Origin: Candidatus Bathyarchaeia archaeon
GTDB lineage: Archaea; Thermoproteota; Bathyarchaeia; Bathyarchaeales; Bathycorpusculaceae
Length of the DNA stretch: 64,000 nucleotides
Assembly (NCBI GenBank): GCA_038727135.1
Contig: JAVYWL010000001.1
Span: forward strand, 352,001 to 416,000
Reading direction: 5' to 3'
Under the pieces are notes generated by a model. That model ran no database searches. It saw only the letters and a list, made by a program, of their open reading frames with translations, and was not told the DNA's origin. Positions 47,631-56,958 of the stretch are shown here, piece by piece. Made by a program: the position numbers and the translations under genes. Each line of letters opens with the position of its first letter. Position 1 is the stretch's first letter.

Positions 47631-48176
47631 ATGCGTATTGAAATAAGATTTGCGGGTTTCGGCGGACAAGGAATAATTAAGTCTGGAATCATGGTGGCTA
47701 CAGCCGCATGTATATATGGCGGAAAGCACGCTGTGCAAACGCAGTCTTATGGACCAGAGTCGAGGGGCGGCGCGTGCCGTTCCGAAGTTGTGATAGCGGA
47801 TGATGAAATTGACTTTCCAAAAGTCACCGAGCCAGACATCTTGGTAGTGATGTCCCAGCATGCCTACAACGAGTACGCGGAAACGGTGAGAAAGGGGGGA
47901 ACAATAATACTTGACCCGGACATGATTCCCAACGAGAGGGAAATTGAAGGTGTAAAAGTTTTCCGCGTTCCAGCCACAAGAATGGCTGAGGAGCTTGGAA
48001 GGAGGATTGTTGCAAATGTTGTCATGCTTGGGGCTTTTGCAGCAATAACTGGAATAGTGAACAGAGAAGCCCTAAAAGAGTCGATTAAGGCTAATGTTCC
48101 AAAAGAAACAGAGGAATTAAACCTAAAAGCCTTTGAGATAGGCTACGAATATGGCAAAAAGGTTGTTGAAGGCTAG
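47631..48176 (+). CDS. 2-oxoacid:ferredoxin oxidoreductase gamma subunit
   Basis: AGFGGQG, SYGPESRGG, NVVMLGA. Confidence 0.92.
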   Translation: MRIEIRFAGFGGQGIIKSGIMVATAACIYGGKHAVQTQSYGPESRGGACRSEVVIADDEIDFPKVTEPDILVVMSQHAYNEYAETVRKGGTIILDPDMIPNEREIEGVKVFRVPATRMAEELGRRIVANVVMLGAFAAITGIVNREALKESIKANVPKETEELNLKAFEIGYEYGKKVVEG

Positions 48177-48790
48177 CTTTGCTGTTCAACCCTTTGCAGT
48201 GGCACTTGCACTTGAGCCACTTGCGTCAGAAGCTTAGACTTTCTAACGCCAACATGGCGTAATGGCACAATTTTTCTTGCCTCGTTGTAAATGTCTGATG
48301 CAATTTTTCCAAGAACCATTTCTTGAACAAACTGGTCCATTGTTAGGGCGGCGCTTTTCTCCTCAACTATCTTCGCCATAATCTTGCGTATAGCATGTTC
48401 CTGTGAAGTCTTTATCCTTGAAAGGGTGAAAGCGCAAACCGCCACTCTAAACCTATACCCGTCTTTTGTTGAAACATTGAAGATTCCATCAACCTTTGTT
48501 GTTCTCCGCCTAACAAGACTTCTAAGGTAGTCCCTTGAATATTCGTGGCCCTTAAACATGGTGCGGGCTGTTTTGCCCTCTACCTGCGTTATTTGGAAGT
48601 AAAGTTTCAAGTATTGGTGGGAAAAGTCGCCAGTGATATCATAAAGCGTCGCCTCCATAACTCTTCCAATGAGTTTTTCCGGCTCGTCTGCTGGTATTGC
48701 GCCTAGCTCAACGTTTCCGAAGTATGGTGGCGCAACCACCGTGTACCATACTTTGCTGCGCCACTTATCCCTCACTTTCTTCGATGACAA
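48173..48790 (-). CDS. rps3ae: 30S ribosomal protein S3Ae (eS1)
   Basis: DKWRSKVWY..APPYF, GRVMEATLYDITGD, RDYLRSLVRR. Confidence 0.95.
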   Translation of the reverse strand: MSSKKVRDKWRSKVWYTVVAPPYFGNVELGAIPADEPEKLIGRVMEATLYDITGDFSHQYLKLYFQITQVEGKTARTMFKGHEYSRDYLRSLVRRRTTKVDGIFNVSTKDGYRFRVAVCAFTLSRIKTSQEHAIRKIMAKIVEEKSAALTMDQFVQEMVLGKIASDIYNEARKIVPLRHVGVRKSKLLTQVAQVQVPLQRVEQQS

Positions 48791-48846
48791 GATAAACCTC
48801 CATCCCTAATAGTGGAGAAAAAGTCACATTAGGAAGGTATTAAGCT

Positions 48847-50136
48847 TTACCTTTTCGGTTCTATTTTTTCCAAGCCGCCCATATACTTTCTTAAAACCTC
48901 TGGGATGACGACAGAACCATCTGCTTGCTGGTAGTTTTCCAATATAGCCACAATAGTTCTTCCAGTAGCTAAAGCTGTGGAGTTAAGCGTGTGAACAAAA
49001 CCTTTTGGCGGCTCTCCCTCTTTTTCCCTATACCTAATGTTTAATCGCCTAGCCTGATAATCGGTGCAGTTACTGCATGAAATTATCTCACGGTAAGCGT
49101 TTTGAGCCGGCATCCAAACTTCAATGTCATACTTTTTTGCGGCAACGGTTCCAATATCGCCGGTGCAAACGTTCACAACACGATATGGCAAGCCAAGCTT
49201 TTGAACAAGTTCTTCCGCATTTCTAATAAGCTCTTCATGAAACTTCCAAGAGTCTTCTGGTTTGCAAAATATGAACTGTTCAACCTTGTTAAACTGGTGG
49301 GTGCGGAAAATCCCGCGAGTGTCCTTGCCGTGGGCACCCGCCTCTTTTCTAAAGTTGGGGCTTATGCCTACAAATTTGATGGGTAAGTCTTCAGCCTTTA
49401 GAACTTCATTCATAAACATTGCCGCCATTGGATGTTCCGAAGTAGCAATTAAGTATAGGTCTTCATTTTCGATTTTGTAGAGGCTGTCCTCAAAGTCGCT
49501 GAGGGCGGTGACTCCTTCGTAGGGTTTGCGCCTCATCATGAATGGAGGTTCTATGGGCGTGTAGCCCTTCTTAACCATCTCCTCCAATGCAAAATTTAAA
49601 AGAGCGATGTCGAGTAGAACGCCTTCCCTTTTAAGGTAGAAGAATCTTGCCCCAGCTATTTTTCCAGCTCTTTCAATGTCCATTATGTCGAGGCTTAAGC
49701 CAAGCTCAATGTGGTCTTTAACTGGAAAGTTAAACCGTGGTATTTTCCCCCATGTCCTCACAGTAACATTGTCATGCTCATCTTTGCCTATTGGAACAGA
49801 ATCATGTAAAAGGTTTGGAAGCCTCATGAGGTAGTAGCGCACTTTCTCCTCATATTCACCAACCAACTGCTCCAAATTCACTATTTCTTTGTCTATCTCC
49901 TTAGCTTTAGAAACCATCTGTGTGGCATCTACACCCTTCCTTTTAGCAGTCGCAATCTCCATTGTTATACGGTTTCTCTCTCGCCGTAGATCATTAAGCC
50001 TCGTCAAGTGCTGGCGCCAAAGCTTGTCGCATTCAATCAGTTCGTCAAGCATTCTTAAAAATTCAGGTTCGCCTCTCCTCTGCAAGTTTTCCCTTACGAG
50101 TTCTGGTTTTTCTCGAATCAGCTTTATGTCAAGCAT
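48847..50136 (-). CDS. serS: Serine--tRNA ligase
   Basis: MLDIKLIR, LIATSEHP, FRKEAG, HQFNKVEQF, EIISCSNC, HTLNSTA. Confidence 0.96.
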   Translation of the reverse strand: MLDIKLIREKPELVRENLQRRGEPEFLRMLDELIECDKLWRQHLTRLNDLRRERNRITMEIATAKRKGVDATQMVSKAKEIDKEIVNLEQLVGEYEEKVRYYLMRLPNLLHDSVPIGKDEHDNVTVRTWGKIPRFNFPVKDHIELGLSLDIMDIERAGKIAGARFFYLKREGVLLDIALLNFALEEMVKKGYTPIEPPFMMRRKPYEGVTALSDFEDSLYKIENEDLYLIATSEHPMAAMFMNEVLKAEDLPIKFVGISPNFRKEAGAHGKDTRGIFRTHQFNKVEQFIFCKPEDSWKFHEELIRNAEELVQKLGLPYRVVNVCTGDIGTVAAKKYDIEVWMPAQNAYREIISCSNCTDYQARRLNIRYREKEGEPPKGFVHTLNSTALATGRTIVAILENYQQADGSVVIPEVLRKYMGGLEKIEPKR

Positions 50137-50147
50137 CTTAAAACCAA

Positions 50148-50396
50148 CTATTCAAGTTTCCGCGCAGTTTTTAGAGTTTTCTCCGCCAAGGATATGGCGA
50201 AAAGTAAATCATCAATCGTTGCAATAAAAGTTTGAAGTTTCCTTTTACAATTTATGCGTGTAGTGACTTTTTTGCCATCCCTTGTCGTTTTGACAAACAA
50301 GCCGGGCGGCACTTTGAAGTTGTCTGGTGAAACAGCTTTTGCCACTGCCTTGGCGCTCTCCACATCATCATAACTAATTATGATTTCAGCTTCCAA
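50148..50396 (-). CDS. pcc1: KEOPS subunit Pcc1
   Basis: AVSPDN...ATIDDLL; conserved position between DHH and serS. Confidence 0.8.
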   Translation of the reverse strand: MEAEIIISYDDVESAKAVAKAVSPDNFKVPPGLFVKTTRDGKKVTTRINCKRKLQTFIATIDDLLFAISLAEKTLKTARKLE

Positions 50397-51843
50397 TTTT
50401 CTCCCCGGCTAATTGCTTTCCAACAAGCTCGTTGACAAGTTTTATGAAGATTTCCACATTTTCTATTGGAACTTGGGCGCCGGCAGCCACGTTATGCCCC
50501 CCACCCTTTCCCAAGCATTTCTCAGCCGCCACTTGCATGACCTCGCCGAGATTTACACCCTTGTAGGCTACCGCGTCTATGGTTCTCGCTGAAACCTTTA
50601 CAAGCCCTTCTTCCCTAACGTCTGCATAAGCGACAAGGGGTTTTTCTGGATTTGGAAGGCTTGTTGTGAGAATTGATGAGATTGCACCAACAATTTTGTC
50701 GTCTATAAAGTCTTCGCCGTAAACAACGTAGATGTTTTCCAACTCCCTTATCCTTTCAGGCTTCTCCATAATCCAGCCCAAATACCTATTAATTGTACGC
50801 CTATAATCCTCAAGGATTCTGCTAGCTTCTTCTAGAGCGGCCCCTCTGTCACCCATACAAACTGCCACGCCAACGCCAGGCTTATCCATGCGTCCAGCAG
50901 CATTAAGCAGAACGGCAAACTCTCTTCCATCTCTGAGAGGTGTCCAAGGCTCTTCCTTAGTGAGTGTGTAAACATATCCTATGAGGTTTGATATTTCATA
51001 ATGTAGCCCTTTTGAGAGTAGGTACTCAGCCAGCGCCGAACAGAGCCTCCTCTTTTCATCTTCTGAAAGGTCTCTTAAAGCCCGCCACTTATCACCGTAT
51101 TTTGGTTTTATGTCAATGCTTGCCAGAAAAGCCAAACTCTTGTCTTCTTCTCCGCTTATGCCTGGAATAAATGGGTTTGTCGTGGACGCCAAAGTTTTGT
51201 GGATTGGACGAGTTTCCCTACCGAAGAATATTAAGTCCTTCTCAACCGCCAGCAGCCCTTGGCTTTTCGCATCTTCAACAATTTCCTCATTGAGTCCCCC
51301 AAGCATCCTCTGGTCATACTTGTCTTGCAGATCTCCAAGCGCCCCAACAACGGCTATTGGAGCTAAATCTATGTTTACCTTGTCCATTGCTTTAGCCACG
51401 AAATAGGCTACACCGGCGCTGCTGATGTCCCGCGCTCCATCAATACCAAACAAGTGAGGGTTAACGCATGGAAAATCGCCGCTCGGTTCTCCGCCAAGCT
51501 GATGGTGGTCTAAAACAACAACTTTTATGTCTTTAGCTTTCTGTCTCAGCAAGTTTGCATAATCGCTTCCAAGGTCTGTGAAAATAACCATTTGAGGCTT
51601 TTCCTGCAGTATTTCAGCCACCATTTTTTCGTCAACCCACTGGGTTATCCTAATGCGGAATCTAGCGTCAAGCCTGTAAAGGGCTTTCCCAACAATGCCG
51701 GCTGCGGCGACGCCGTCAGCATCCAAATGTGAAAAAACATGAATGTAGCCACCTTCTTTGGCGGTTTCCAAAATCTTTTTAGCGGCATCTGAAATGCTAT
51801 CGAAGAATTTTGCAGTTTGCTTCTCGTCCAACCGCATTTTCAT
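50386..51843 (-). CDS. DHH/DHHA1 phosphoesterase (RecJ-like)
   Basis: HLDADG, TDLG, LDHH, GGGHNVAAG. Confidence 0.9.
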   Translation of the reverse strand: MKMRLDEKQTAKFFDSISDAAKKILETAKEGGYIHVFSHLDADGVAAAGIVGKALYRLDARFRIRITQWVDEKMVAEILQEKPQMVIFTDLGSDYANLLRQKAKDIKVVVLDHHQLGGEPSGDFPCVNPHLFGIDGARDISSAGVAYFVAKAMDKVNIDLAPIAVVGALGDLQDKYDQRMLGGLNEEIVEDAKSQGLLAVEKDLIFFGRETRPIHKTLASTTNPFIPGISGEEDKSLAFLASIDIKPKYGDKWRALRDLSEDEKRRLCSALAEYLLSKGLHYEISNLIGYVYTLTKEEPWTPLRDGREFAVLLNAAGRMDKPGVGVAVCMGDRGAALEEASRILEDYRRTINRYLGWIMEKPERIRELENIYVVYGEDFIDDKIVGAISSILTTSLPNPEKPLVAYADVREEGLVKVSARTIDAVAYKGVNLGEVMQVAAEKCLGKGGGHNVAAGAQVPIENVEIFIKLVNELVGKQLAGEKIGS

Positions 51844-51904
51844 CACAATGTATACAGGTTAAGAATTTAAGGGCGACTGGGCTGATGAATGGGAATGTTC
51901 AAGT

Positions 51905-52345
51905 CTAGGCTATTGATGCTATTTTCGGCTCGTACTTCCAGTTTGGGGGCAAGACACCCTCCCGCTTATAATATCGTGCAAGCTTGTGAATTTTTGCCTC
52001 CACAAGCTGCAAAGCCCTCTTATTGTGCAAGTCCTTCCTATGCTTCTCAAGATGGGCTGAAAGTCGCGCTGCTTTCTTAAGTAGGTTACCAAGGTCTTCA
52101 GGTATTGAAGGGGCAAGTCCAGCCTCCTTGAGAATTTGAGTTACGGTCTTGCCGGTTAGCGGCTTAACCAGTGGAATGGCATACTGGTCCCTCAGTATTG
52201 TTCCTATGCGGCTCTGGGGATGCCCCTCCCTTGCCAGTTTGATGACGAGGGCTTCCACTTCCTCCGGTTGGTATTTGCACCAGCTTGGAGGGCGTTTGCT
52301 AACAGGTCTTGTTGAATGGGATTTGCCCTTTTCCTGTTTCGGCAT
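51905..52345 (-). CDS. rps15: 30S ribosomal protein S15 (uS15)
   Basis: GKSHSTRP, IGTILRDQY, PEDL, HRKDLHNKRALQL. Confidence 0.95.
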   Translation of the reverse strand: MPKQEKGKSHSTRPVSKRPPSWCKYQPEEVEALVIKLAREGHPQSRIGTILRDQYAIPLVKPLTGKTVTQILKEAGLAPSIPEDLGNLLKKAARLSAHLEKHRKDLHNKRALQLVEAKIHKLARYYKREGVLPPNWKYEPKIASIA

Positions 52346-52456
52346 ACCATTATCCCTTTTAGTTCTGTAAAAGCGAGATCAGACGGATATTTAAGACCTT
52401 CGATGTTTATTTTCTACTTAAACTTTATTGGTGAAAAGGCAACTTAAACTGTTCGC

Positions 52457-53047
52457 TTAGACTTTTAGGCTTTTGTACCATTTTGCAAACTTTAGGAAGG
52501 CTCTTGCCCTATGGGAATACCTGTTTTTTTCAGCGATACTCATTTCAGCAAAGGTTTTCTGACTGTTAGCTGGTTTAAATATTGGGTCAAAACCGAAGCC
52601 GTAATGACTTTCCCTTCGCACCTCTTTGGTTATCTCGCCTACAACTTCTCCCTTAAAACATATGGGAGATTCCAGTTCCCCAGAAAAAAACGCCACTACA
52701 GACTGAAACTTTGCCTTTCTGTTTTTGGCTTCCTCCATAAGCTTCAATAGGCCCTCATTACCTATGGTCTTGTAGACGTAGGAGGAATACGGTCCCGGAA
52801 AACCGTTTAAGGCCTCAACGAACAGTCCGGCATCCTCAACTATGATAGGAAGACTGCACTGTTTGTAGGCGTGGACGGCGCTTGTTTTTGCGATTTCTTC
52901 GAGGCTCTCGCTTTGAATTTCTAGGGTTTTAACTCTTATCATGCCCACAGTTATTCTGTAACGGTTCAAAACCCTTCGGGCTTCGTTGAACTTGTTAAAG
53001 TTGTTTGTTGCAAAGAACACGACTTTGCCCTTTAATTGGAAGCTCAT
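52457..53047 (-). CDS. rdgB: Non-canonical purine NTP pyrophosphatase (RdgB/HAM1)
   Basis: ATNNFNK, EDAGL..LNGFPGPYS, GFGFDPIF, KNRYSHR. Confidence 0.93.
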   Translation of the reverse strand: MSFQLKGKVVFFATNNFNKFNEARRVLNRYRITVGMIRVKTLEIQSESLEEIAKTSAVHAYKQCSLPIIVEDAGLFVEALNGFPGPYSSYVYKTIGNEGLLKLMEEAKNRKAKFQSVVAFFSGELESPICFKGEVVGEITKEVRRESHYGFGFDPIFKPANSQKTFAEMSIAEKNRYSHRARAFLKFAKWYKSLKV

Positions 53048-53454
53048 GACGGTTCACGTTTCTTTTTAGCCCCTTCGGCGGACACGCTAAAATATTTTTC
53101 CCAATTAATCTGCACAATCTCTAAAATGTTTCCATCAGGGTCCATGAGGGTGGCTTGTTTTCCGCCCCAAGGCTCTTCGTGCAAATCCTTAACAAACTTC
53201 ACGCTTTTGCTCTTTAATTCGTTGCAGAAATTTTCAACATCGTCCACCAGAAACTCCACAGACGGCGAAATTGAAGCAACACGTTCCCCTTCCTTCAGTC
53301 TTGGAATAAGCCCAATCTCGACTCCGCCGCATTCGAAACCAACATAGCTTGAATACTCATACTTCTTTTCTAAGCCAAGAACTTTCTCATAAAATTGCGT
53401 CGCCTTCTTCAAGTCTGAAACGTAAAAGGTTATGCACCAAACCGTTTTTATCGT
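53044..53454 (-). CDS. VOC/glyoxalase family protein (probable non-canonical start)
   Basis: VSDLKKATQFYEKVLGL, VDDV, EPWGG, DPDGNILE; the open frame extends upstream to ACG at 53454. Confidence 0.85.
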   Translation of the reverse strand, partial: TIKTVWCITFYVSDLKKATQFYEKVLGLEKKYEYSSYVGFECGGVEIGLIPRLKEGERVASISPSVEFLVDDVENFCNELKSKSVKFVKDLHEEPWGGKQATLMDPDGNILEIVQINWEKYFSVSAEGAKKKREPS

Positions 53455-53456
53455 GT

Positions 53457-54119
53457 TTATTCACCCCTTCTTTCGGCTATGTAGCGCCCTCTCCTCTCTA
53501 TTTCCCTTATTTTATCTAAAACATTTTTCACCTCGCCAGCCTCTAAAACGCTTGCATAACCCTCAATTATGGCGCTAAAACATTTTTCGGCAAACTGAAA
53601 GTGAGTGCTTTGTAAAGCTCTCTTCATAAGGTGTAAATCCACACCCATTGCTTCAAGCTCGCGTGTTTTTTCGCCAAGCCCAAAATCCACAAGAAAGATT
53701 TTTCCTTCAGGAGTGTGAATCATATTGGATGTTGTCAGGTCGCCGTGAATAATCCCATTTTTGTGCAATTTACCAATTAACTCACCTATTTTGCGGCACA
53801 ATGTCCGCCTTTCGCTTTCAGAAACTTTGGCCAACAACTGTTTTACTTGTTCCCCTTCGATAAACTCCATTATTATTGTGGCGTTTTTTGCATCAACAAA
53901 ATAGATTATTGGGGTAGGCACACCAGCCCTTTTTGCTTCATGCATCAGCTGGGGCTCATGGATTGTTCTATAGGCTCTTATTTGCTCGTCTAGTACTGAA
54001 ACTCTATATTTTTTGGGCAATCGTCTCTTCATTATTACCTTTTTGCCGTGCCAATCTGCGAGGTATAGGCATGCCTCAGCCCCTTTCTTAATGAGTCTCG
54101 GCTGGCTTATTTCACCCAA
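53457..54119 (-). CDS. bud32: KEOPS kinase Bud32
   Basis: KGAEA, IIHGDLTTSN, VDFGL, RGRY. Confidence 0.94.
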   Translation of the reverse strand: MGEISQPRLIKKGAEACLYLADWHGKKVIMKRRLPKKYRVSVLDEQIRAYRTIHEPQLMHEAKRAGVPTPIIYFVDAKNATIIMEFIEGEQVKQLLAKVSESERRTLCRKIGELIGKLHKNGIIHGDLTTSNMIHTPEGKIFLVDFGLGEKTRELEAMGVDLHLMKRALQSTHFQFAEKCFSAIIEGYASVLEAGEVKNVLDKIREIERRGRYIAERRGE

Positions 54120-55126
54120 GGAACTTCAACCTCTTCGAGCCGCCACCTCAACCGTATGAAGCTCTCATGGATTGGCGTTGTCACGCCGTGAGTAAGGGCT
54201 AAAACGCCGGTCCAAGCTATCATGGCGCCGTTATCTATGGCGAACTGGCTTGGCACAACGCAGAATTTGGCGTCATGCTCTTCAGCTATCGACTTAACCA
54301 TTTCTTGAAGCCTCTTGTTGGCAGCTACGCCACCAGTCAACAGAACCTCCTTTTTTTCCGTGTGGGCTAGAGCGCGCTCCGTAACTTCTGTAACCATGGA
54401 GAAGGCTGTTTCTTGGAGACTATAACACAAGTCCTCTAGCCTACTTTCACCTTTCTTTAGTAAGTTAACTGCCGCCGTGAGCAAACCGCTAAACGACATG
54501 TCCATGCCCTTCACCGTATATGGCAGCGGAATAAGCCTCCGTCCACCCTTCGCGAGTTTTTCCACAACAGCCCCAAAAGGTTCGCCCGGTTTTTGTCTTA
54601 ATCCAGCTTCTCTTGCGAAAACGTCTAGGCAGTTTCCAAGGGCTATGTCCAATGTTTCGCCGAAAACCCTGTAACGCCCGGAATCGAAAGCGGCCACTAT
54701 GGTGTTCCCGCCAGAAACATAAAGCGTGACAGGGTCAACGGCGCCGGTTTTTAACTTGCCAATTTCAATGTGTGCCACACAATGGTTGACACCTACTAGA
54801 GGAACGCCAAGATAAGAGGCTAAGGCTCTTGCGACTGTGGCACCCGTTCTGAGGCATGGACCTAACCCTGGACCTTGAGAGAAGGCTATGACCGTTATGT
54901 CTTTAGGTTTTATTCCAGCCTTTTGGAATGCCTCTTCCAAAACCTTGTTTGCAACTTCAGCGTGGTGTCGTGCAGCTTCCCTTGGATGTATTCCGCCTTC
55001 CGGGGGCATGTAAGCACTTATCACGTTTGCCAAGATTTCCCCTCTAAAAGTGGCTACTCCAACGCTGAAATCGTCCGCTGTGCTTTCAATGCCTAGAGAG
55101 TAGCTCTCTCTCGTTTTTGCAGGCAC
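54107..55126 (-). CDS. kae1: KEOPS t6A synthase Kae1
   Basis: GIESTA, GGIHPREAARHH, GPGLGPCL, VNHCVAHIEIG, YVSGGNT, DNGAMIA. Confidence 0.96.
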   Translation of the reverse strand: MPAKTRESYSLGIESTADDFSVGVATFRGEILANVISAYMPPEGGIHPREAARHHAEVANKVLEEAFQKAGIKPKDITVIAFSQGPGLGPCLRTGATVARALASYLGVPLVGVNHCVAHIEIGKLKTGAVDPVTLYVSGGNTIVAAFDSGRYRVFGETLDIALGNCLDVFAREAGLRQKPGEPFGAVVEKLAKGGRRLIPLPYTVKGMDMSFSGLLTAAVNLLKKGESRLEDLCYSLQETAFSMVTEVTERALAHTEKKEVLLTGGVAANKRLQEMVKSIAEEHDAKFCVVPSQFAIDNGAMIAWTGVLALTHGVTTPIHESFIRLRWRLEEVEVPWVK

Positions 55127-55221
55127 CGTTGGCGCCCCTTTCCACCTAAATTATTTTATCTTTGGATAAGCATAATTTATTTGGGAACACCTATATATCT
55201 GCGTGGAAACGGAGAGGGAGG

Positions 55222-55599
55222 ATGCCGAAACACAACGATTTGGAACAAAAGGCTCTTCAGATAATAATGAGTTCTGGAAACGAGGGTTTACTCCAATCAG
55301 AACTATGGAGAAAGCTCGGGGCGAGTAGCAGAGAAGGCTCAAGAATAGCTCTAAAACTTGAAAGCAAAGGCTTAATACGCCGTGAAAGGGAGCTCCGCAA
55401 TGGAAGATGGACTTATAGGCTTTATCCAAAAAGGCTTCCGGCATCAATAAACTCGATAGCTGACTGCCCATGCATGACGTGCCCAGACGCATCAAAATGC
55501 GGACCTACAGGCGCAATAACACCGCAGAGCTGTGAAAAACTGACGGATTGGCTTATACGCCTGGCAGAGGGCGAGTACAAAATCTTGGGTGACAGCTAG
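55222..55599 (+). CDS. TFE-beta / RPC34-like protein (winged helix plus Fe-S domain)
   Basis: GLLQSELWRKL..SREGSRIALKLE winged helix; C-terminal CPCMTCP..C..ITPQSC..L..WL. Confidence 0.8.
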   Translation: MPKHNDLEQKALQIIMSSGNEGLLQSELWRKLGASSREGSRIALKLESKGLIRRERELRNGRWTYRLYPKRLPASINSIADCPCMTCPDASKCGPTGAITPQSCEKLTDWLIRLAEGEYKILGDS

Positions 55600-55601
55600 T
55601 T

Positions 55602-56219
55602 TTGCCTAAAGCATGGATACAAGAACGCAAAAGAGACTATTACTATAGAAAAGCAAAGGAAGAGAAATACCGCTCAAGAGCAGCCTACAAACTCTTTCAA
55701 GCCGTAGAAAAATACCACTTCATTAAAGACGGCAATGTTGTTGTCGATTTGGGCGCTGCCCCAGGGGGATGGACGCAAGCGGCAAGAAAAATTGCTGGGG
55801 CTAAGGGTTTCGTTTTAGGAGTAGACATAAAACCAATCGAACCCTTTCCGGAGAGAAACATTAGAACCATAATATGTGATATAACAGAACCCGATGCTAC
55901 AAAGCAGATCTTGGAGATGCTGCCTAGAAAAGCAGACGCTGTCATTTCAGACGTCTCGCCGAACATTTCTGGAATATGGGAGCTTGACCACGCCCGCCAA
56001 ATAGACCTTGCACAGAAAGCGCTTGAAATAGCCTTAGAAACTCTAAAGCCGGGCGGAAACTTTTTCGTAAAAGTTTTCCAAGGAGACATGTTAAACGACT
56101 TTATAAGCATGGTTAAACGGCACTTTGAAGACGTAAAAGTAATAAAGCCTAAAGCAAGTAGGGCTAAAAGCTCGGAAATTTTCATTTTGGGAATGCGTTT
56201 AAAAGCTGATGAGCGGTAG
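55602..56219 (+). CDS. rlmE: 23S rRNA Um2552 2'-O-methyltransferase RlmE/FtsJ
   Basis: YRSRAAYKL, DLGAAPGGW, SDVSPN, KVFQG, KPKASRAKSSE. Confidence 0.94.
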   Translation: MPKAWIQERKRDYYYRKAKEEKYRSRAAYKLFQAVEKYHFIKDGNVVVDLGAAPGGWTQAARKIAGAKGFVLGVDIKPIEPFPERNIRTIICDITEPDATKQILEMLPRKADAVISDVSPNISGIWELDHARQIDLAQKALEIALETLKPGGNFFVKVFQGDMLNDFISMVKRHFEDVKVIKPKASRAKSSEIFILGMRLKADER

Positions 56220-56252
56220 AGCTAAATTCACTCAGAACCCAATTGTAAGAAG

Positions 56253-56957
56253 GTGAAACATTTGAACATAATCGCTGCCGACTCTTCAGCTGCCATTTTA
56301 AATGAAAAGTTTGAACCCATTTACATCGTGGCTACCGCCGCCGTTTTGGTTAAACCGCCTTATAGAGAGCCAAGTGAGTGTTTGGCTGAACCGGTTTTTG
56401 CAGATGCCGAAGACAGCCACGAAGTTATAGTGCGAGAGGCAGAGCTATGCAAGCAGCTGATCGCAAAAGTAGGAGCCGACATTGTGCATCTTGACATATC
56501 TTTGGGAGCCATCTCCCTTGAGCAGCTTTCACCCATACAGTTTTCAAACTTGAAAATTTCCAGCAAAGCCAAAAGCAACTTAATTAAAATTCTTCCAAGG
56601 CTTAGAAAAATCGCTGGTGAACTAACACAAAAATACGGTGTCGAGACCTTGGCAATAGGCAAAGATAGCATCCCCGTAAGGGTGGCGGAACTAACCGCTG
56701 GAGCTCACGCCGTAATATACGCGTCTGAAAAAGCTGTAAAAGAAAGAAGCTCGTTAATGCTTGGTTTGCCGCTAAAGTGTCAGCCAATGTTCAAAGAGAA
56801 TTGGGTTTACATGCAATCTTTAATGGCTGCCGAACATGATGTAAAGGGATACGCTATTGACAACAAGGGCTCATTAAAAAAGGTTAATATTGTAGAAATT
56901 TTAAACCCAGTTGCAAGAGGATTTCGAACATTAAAGATAACACCAGAAAGGACCTAA
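56253..56957 (+). CDS. Conserved archaeal protein (DUF4152-like)
   Basis: IIAADS.AAIL, VHLD.SLG, AIGKDSIPVRVAEL. Confidence 0.65.
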   Translation: MKHLNIIAADSSAAILNEKFEPIYIVATAAVLVKPPYREPSECLAEPVFADAEDSHEVIVREAELCKQLIAKVGADIVHLDISLGAISLEQLSPIQFSNLKISSKAKSNLIKILPRLRKIAGELTQKYGVETLAIGKDSIPVRVAELTAGAHAVIYASEKAVKERSSLMLGLPLKCQPMFKENWVYMQSLMAAEHDVKGYAIDNKGSLKKVNIVEILNPVARGFRTLKITPERT

Positions 56958-56958
56958 A

